DNA of 64,000 nucleotides, from NCBI GenBank assembly GCA_965215565.1, contig CBDCDZ010000004.1, positions 3,168,001 through 3,232,000 of the forward strand. The letters run 5' to 3'. The DNA comes from Trueperaceae bacterium (GTDB lineage Bacteria > Deinococcota > Deinococci > Deinococcales > Trueperaceae). A program made the position numbers and the translations under genes. This document shows, in pieces, positions 60,098 through 64,000 of the stretch. Every line of letters starts with the position of its first letter. The stretch's first letter is position 1. Below the pieces are notes generated by a model. The model was not told the origin of the DNA, ran no database searches, and saw only the letters and a list, made by a program, of their open reading frames with translations.

Positions 60098-61585
60098 TCA
60101 TTGCTCGAGTAATCCCTCAATCCGCTCCGCCAAATAAAGTTTCGCCAGCGTCTGCGGCTCCGAGAGAGGCAAGCCGATGAGCGCTTCGATTCGTCCAAGT
60201 CGGTAGCGCAACGTGTTCACGTGGATGTGAAGCTCTCCCGCAAGCCTCGTCATGTCACGAGGTGAACGCAAATAGGCGTGCAGGGTGCGCCTGAGTTTGC
60301 CGTTGGCATCCGCCTCTTTAAGAGGTCCGATGAGGTCAGTGTGGAACGTCCTCAAACTCTCTTCGGGTTGCTGCTGCAAGAGCCAGGTGACGGGCTCGAG
60401 CTTCGCAAAACTCCGACCCCCTTGCACCTCTCGTACGCCCTGCGCCGCCAACCGCGCCTGTTGGAATGCTGCTTTAACCTCATTCTGGTTCGTCGCTGCG
60501 CTGATGCCAAGCTGAAAAGGTTCATCGGTTGCAGTTTGCAGCGCTTCAAGAAGCGGTTGAAGCTGCGTGTCAGGGTCCGCGCCGCTAAAAGCCCACACGA
60601 CCTCTTCACCTCTTTGGTTTGACAAGCTGGGCAGCGCGAGCGTTTCAAAAAACTCGTCGCCTGCGCGTTTTGACCTCTCTAAAAAAGTATGGCGTTTCTT
60701 ATTCCGCTTAGAAGAAGTTCCTAAAACGGCGACGAGGTAGGACCCCTCGAGCCCCACCTCTTTCAACCTTTCTGCTAAACCCGTGCTGACGCCGCTGCTC
60801 AACCATTCGCTCAACAGAAGGCTTTTGTCGAAGCCGAAGCGCTGCGCTTCGACCTCTCGCCCCGCCGCTGCCAAGCGCAGCACACCTCTGGCGAGTTCCA
60901 ACAGGGGCAGCCAAGCTCGTTCGACCTCTTGCGCTATTAATACCGAGCGCAGCCGCTCGTTTTGTTCGACACGTAAGACAAGATAATCCCCATCACCTCT
61001 TCGCACATGACCTTCGGGAAGCGCCTCTAAAGACCCCTGCGCTCGCCGCCACCCTCCAGGGCCCGAGCGAGCCAGAAGCGAGCCCCAAGGGGTAAGAAGG
61101 GCGAAGGAGCCACCGCTCAAAGTGGCGAGGCGTTCTAACGCCTCGCGTTCGGGTTTGGGACTTTCTAAGGCGTCTAAGAGATAGCTCTGAAGGCTCGAGC
61201 CCGTCTCTAAACTCGCTAAGTTTTCCTGCGCAAGGAGGCTAAGCGCCGCCTCTTCAACCCTCGCCAAGTTGACGTGCGGCGGCGCGGTGAAGAGGGCAAT
61301 ATTCAATGCTGTTGCTTTCTCCAAGATTTCAGAAGGCAAATGACGATGATTCGGTGTAAGTGCGTAACCGATGATGCTCGGTGTGGGTTCGAAGAGGTGA
61401 AGTTGCGTGAGAGGTGCTTCGCCTAAACGCAAATCAGTTTCGCTCAGCCACGCGCGGTGACGCGCCTGTCCGACACTGCGCACGGTTTCAAAGATTACGT
61501 CGGAACTGCCGCTATGAAGCGTTAAGTTTAGAGAGGGAAGCTCGAGCAGCCATTTAAGCACCATAAAAACCTTTAGAGATTTCAA
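60098..61585 (-). CDS. PucR/CdaR-family transcriptional regulator
   Basis: C-terminal TLHAYL..LHIHVNTLRYRL HTH. Confidence 0.88.
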   Translation of the reverse strand: MKSLKVFMVLKWLLELPSLNLTLHSGSSDVIFETVRSVGQARHRAWLSETDLRLGEAPLTQLHLFEPTPSIIGYALTPNHRHLPSEILEKATALNIALFTAPPHVNLARVEEAALSLLAQENLASLETGSSLQSYLLDALESPKPEREALERLATLSGGSFALLTPWGSLLARSGPGGWRRAQGSLEALPEGHVRRGDGDYLVLRVEQNERLRSVLIAQEVERAWLPLLELARGVLRLAAAGREVEAQRFGFDKSLLLSEWLSSGVSTGLAERLKEVGLEGSYLVAVLGTSSKRNKKRHTFLERSKRAGDEFFETLALPSLSNQRGEEVVWAFSGADPDTQLQPLLEALQTATDEPFQLGISAATNQNEVKAAFQQARLAAQGVREVQGGRSFAKLEPVTWLLQQQPEESLRTFHTDLIGPLKEADANGKLRRTLHAYLRSPRDMTRLAGELHIHVNTLRYRLGRIEALIGLPLSEPQTLAKLYLAERIEGLLEQ

Positions 61586-61685
61586 TAACTATAGCAGAAA
61601 TATCTGTGCAAACAGACAATTGTGCCAAACGTCAGCTTCGTCTATTGTCAGAAAAAGCTAAAAAGAACTATCATCGTTGTGTGAA

Positions 61686-61820
61686 TAGCAGGTAGCATCT
61701 GGTCATTAGCGCTCTCACTTGAGAAAACATTGTTTAGCGCTCACTTCAGGAGATGAAATTCCGCTATTGCTACGCAATGAGATCTGCGTGATACAAACTC
61801 AGTGATTTTGAAAAGCGCTG
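61686..61820 (+). mobile_element. MITE-like element, TAGCAG family
   Basis: TAGCAGGTAGCATCTGGT..GAGATGAAATTCCGC[module]AGATCTGCG. Confidence 0.7.
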
Positions 61821-61835
61821 AATGTAGGAGGCACA

Positions 61836-62351
61836 ATGTCAGTTAAATCAGCCGAATCCGGTATTAACCCGCTCGAGTTTCGCAACACCTTGGGGCGCTT
61901 CGGCACGGGCGTCACCGTCGTCACCGTGCAACAAGGTGAAGAGGTCAGAGGTATCACCGTCAATGCGTTTATGTCGGTGTCGCTCGCGCCGCCCCTCGTT
62001 CTGGTCTCTATCGACAAAAGCGCCAACTCTCACGCGCTCTTAGCCTCGAGCGAGCGCTACGGCGTGAGCATTCTGAGCGAAGCGCAAGAGGCGATGAGCA
62101 ACCTCTTTGCGGGGCGTCCTGACGAGAGCATCGAAGTGCACTACGAGTACAAAGACGGTTTCCCGCTCATTCGCGGCGCGTTAGCGCACTTGGTTTGTAG
62201 AACAGTAGAGGCACATGAGGCAGGCGACCACACGCTCTATATTGGCGAGGTGGAACATTTGAGTTATCAGGACGGTAAGCCGCTGCTCTATTTCGGGGGG
62301 CGTTATGGACGGTTGGAGGTTCCTGCAAGGGAGCCCATTCTCGACGGTTAG
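61836..62351 (+). CDS. hpaC: Flavin reductase (HpaC-like)
   Basis: FRNTLGRFGTGVTVVT, SVSLAPPL, AGDH and PLLY motifs. Confidence 0.85.
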   Translation: MSVKSAESGINPLEFRNTLGRFGTGVTVVTVQQGEEVRGITVNAFMSVSLAPPLVLVSIDKSANSHALLASSERYGVSILSEAQEAMSNLFAGRPDESIEVHYEYKDGFPLIRGALAHLVCRTVEAHEAGDHTLYIGEVEHLSYQDGKPLLYFGGRYGRLEVPAREPILDG

Positions 62352-62377
62352 AAAAGTCAAAAAAGTTAGGAGAGGTT

Positions 62378-63289
62378 ATGCAACCCCTGAAAGGTTCGAT
62401 TGTCCCCTTACCAACACCCTTCACAGGCAGCGACGCCAAGGTTGACGAGGCAGCCTTAAAAGAGATTATCGAATTCCAACTCCGCGAAGGCTCACACGGT
62501 TTAGGTGTCACGGGCACGACGGGTGAACCCTCTTCGCTGAGTTTAGACGAGCGCAAGCACGTCGCGGAGTTCGTTTATCGAGAGGTCAATGGGCGCGTTC
62601 CAGTCATGCCGGGGACGGGCACGAATAATCTGGACGAGACCTTAGAACTTACCAAACACGCCGAATCTATCGGCGCGGACGCTGTCTTAATCATCAGCCC
62701 CTACTACATCAAGCCGAATCAAAACAGCCTCTTCGAATATTTTAGACGCATTGCTGACAGCGTACCCAACACGCCCGTCGTCCTCTACAACATTCCCGGA
62801 CGCACGGCGGTCAACATCGAACCGAAAACGATTGGACGACTCCGCGAAGCCTGCAAAAATATCGTCGGCGTGAAGCACGCAACGAAGAACTTGGACAACG
62901 TGTCTTACACCTTTGTTCATGCTGGAAGTGATTTCGGCGTCTACTGCGGCATGGAAACGCTCACATATCCGATGCTCGCTTTGGGCGGCTCCGGTCACGT
63001 GAGCGCGACGGGGGTGGTTGCGCCCAGGGAGATTGCCGAGCTGTACAACCGGGCAGCGGCGGGGGATTGGGATGGTGCGCGGGAGTTGCACTACAAGATG
63101 CTCGAGCTAAACGACATGCTGTTCATCGAGGTGAACCCTGTACCGCTTAAAACCGCCCTTTCCATGATGGGCTTGTGCGAGAAGAGGTGGCGCTTACCGC
63201 TTGGGCCGATGATGCCCGAGAATGAGGTTAAACTCAAGGAGACGTTGAAAAAATACGGAATTTTTGAGCGCGCCGGGGTAAGTGCGTAA
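62378..63289 (+). CDS. hpaI: DapA-fold aldolase, probably 2,4-dihydroxyhept-2-enedioate aldolase
   Basis: GTTGE, YNIPGR and GVKH motifs. Lies between hpaC-like and FAH-family genes. Confidence 0.75.
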   Translation: MQPLKGSIVPLPTPFTGSDAKVDEAALKEIIEFQLREGSHGLGVTGTTGEPSSLSLDERKHVAEFVYREVNGRVPVMPGTGTNNLDETLELTKHAESIGADAVLIISPYYIKPNQNSLFEYFRRIADSVPNTPVVLYNIPGRTAVNIEPKTIGRLREACKNIVGVKHATKNLDNVSYTFVHAGSDFGVYCGMETLTYPMLALGGSGHVSATGVVAPREIAELYNRAAAGDWDGARELHYKMLELNDMLFIEVNPVPLKTALSMMGLCEKRWRLPLGPMMPENEVKLKETLKKYGIFERAGVSA

Positions 63290-63344
63290 AGAGGTGCGTG
63301 CAGTTGTCAGTGAACCTCAATATTAAGGAAGTTAGGAGGTTGTT

Positions 63345-63803
63345 ATCCCAACCCTCATTCATCAACGAGTACGTGCTGCCCACCGAGGTGACAATCCTAC
63401 AGTCATTTGCCGCGTTCCCTCGGGTTGGGTTGTGCTAGGCGACCAGCAACATCTCTACGGGTACTGTTTGCTTCTGCCTGACCCGGTGGTTTACGACCTC
63501 AACGCTCTGACTACGCAGGTACGTGTCCAGTATCTGAGCGACATGGCGGTTGTCGGCGACGCGCTTCTAGAGGTCACGGACGCCTACCGAATCAACTATT
63601 CCGTGCTAGGCAATACCGACCCCGCCTTGCACGCGCATATCAGACCGAGGTACATGTCTGAGCCTGAAGAGAAGCGCAAAGGTCCGGTCTACCTGAGTTA
63701 CAACGCCGAAGAGAGACACTCACGTCCTTTCGATGTAGAGAGAGATCAACCTCTTATGGACGAATTAGCAGCGTTTATAGAACGAAAGGTACAGCGTCTA
63801 TGA
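63345..63803 (+). CDS. HIT-like protein (apparent ATC start)
   Basis: GYCLLL, RINYSVLGN..PALHAHI motifs. The frame extends upstream to ATC 63345, 5 nt after AGGAGG. Confidence 0.7.
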   Translation: MPTLIHQRVRAAHRGDNPTVICRVPSGWVVLGDQQHLYGYCLLLPDPVVYDLNALTTQVRVQYLSDMAVVGDALLEVTDAYRINYSVLGNTDPALHAHIRPRYMSEPEEKRKGPVYLSYNAEERHSRPFDVERDQPLMDELAAFIERKVQRL

Positions 63804-64000
63804 AACACGCCAGAGTCATCGTCAACGGACACTACGAAGAGGTGTTGATCGAAGACAACCAAGTCGTCACCGCGTCTGGGCAGCGTTACAAACAAAATGA
63901 GGTGACGTGGCTGCCGCCTGTCGAGCCAGGCACCATCCTCGCGCTCGCTTTGAACTACGGCGATCACGCCACCGAACTCGACTTAGAACGCCCCGACGTT
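63800..64000 (+). CDS. Fumarylacetoacetate-hydrolase family protein (HpaG-like), 5' part
   Basis: MKHARV...WLPP...ILALALNYGDHATEL. ATGA overlap with the HIT gene. Confidence 0.8.
   Translation, partial: MKHARVIVNGHYEEVLIEDNQVVTASGQRYKQNEVTWLPPVEPGTILALALNYGDHATELDLERPDV

Noticed and set aside
60022..60198. N-terminal extension of the exonuclease ORF
   Set aside because: It overlaps the PucR gene end and a repeat. A leaderless GTG at 60021 fits better.
62378..63289. dapA (lysine biosynthesis)
   Set aside because: Same fold, but the hpaC/hpaG context favours the catabolic aldolase.

Overview
Bacterial chromosomal window with high GC. It is most likely Deinococcota and Truepera-like. This is inferred from the gene repertoire, many apparently leaderless genes with a TAnnnT box 5-6 nt before the start codon, and abundant CTCGAG. 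Bases 1-15.4 kb hold a Wzx/Wzy/Wzc polysaccharide locus with a divergent MurA paralogue, a polysaccharide pyruvyl transferase and a nitroreductase-fold protein. The rest mixes housekeeping genes (ilvD, fabH, galT, nfo, lysS, greA, ftsB-like), a TPP-riboswitch-led thiamine ABC/thiN cluster interrupted by other genes, osmoprotectant uptake (ProVWX, BCCT), two PIN toxin-antitoxin pairs, two GGDEF proteins, two tandem DUF2723/TMEM260-like glycosyltransferases, and the start of an hpa aromatic catabolism cluster. The most notable signals are non-coding. (1) A low-GC DUF3800-like gene is followed by a convergent antisense promoter and a nested stem-loop, a candidate protein-ncRNA system. (2) At least 11 copies of a modular 110-200 bp TA-bounded MITE-like element carry swappable hairpin modules, and one copy is nested in another. 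(3) A 12-bp-phased DnaA-box array has no dnaA gene nearby. (4) A HIT-like gene appears to start at ATC. No rRNA, tRNA, CRISPR array or transposase gene was recognised. All calls come from motif recognition by eye; no database searches were run.
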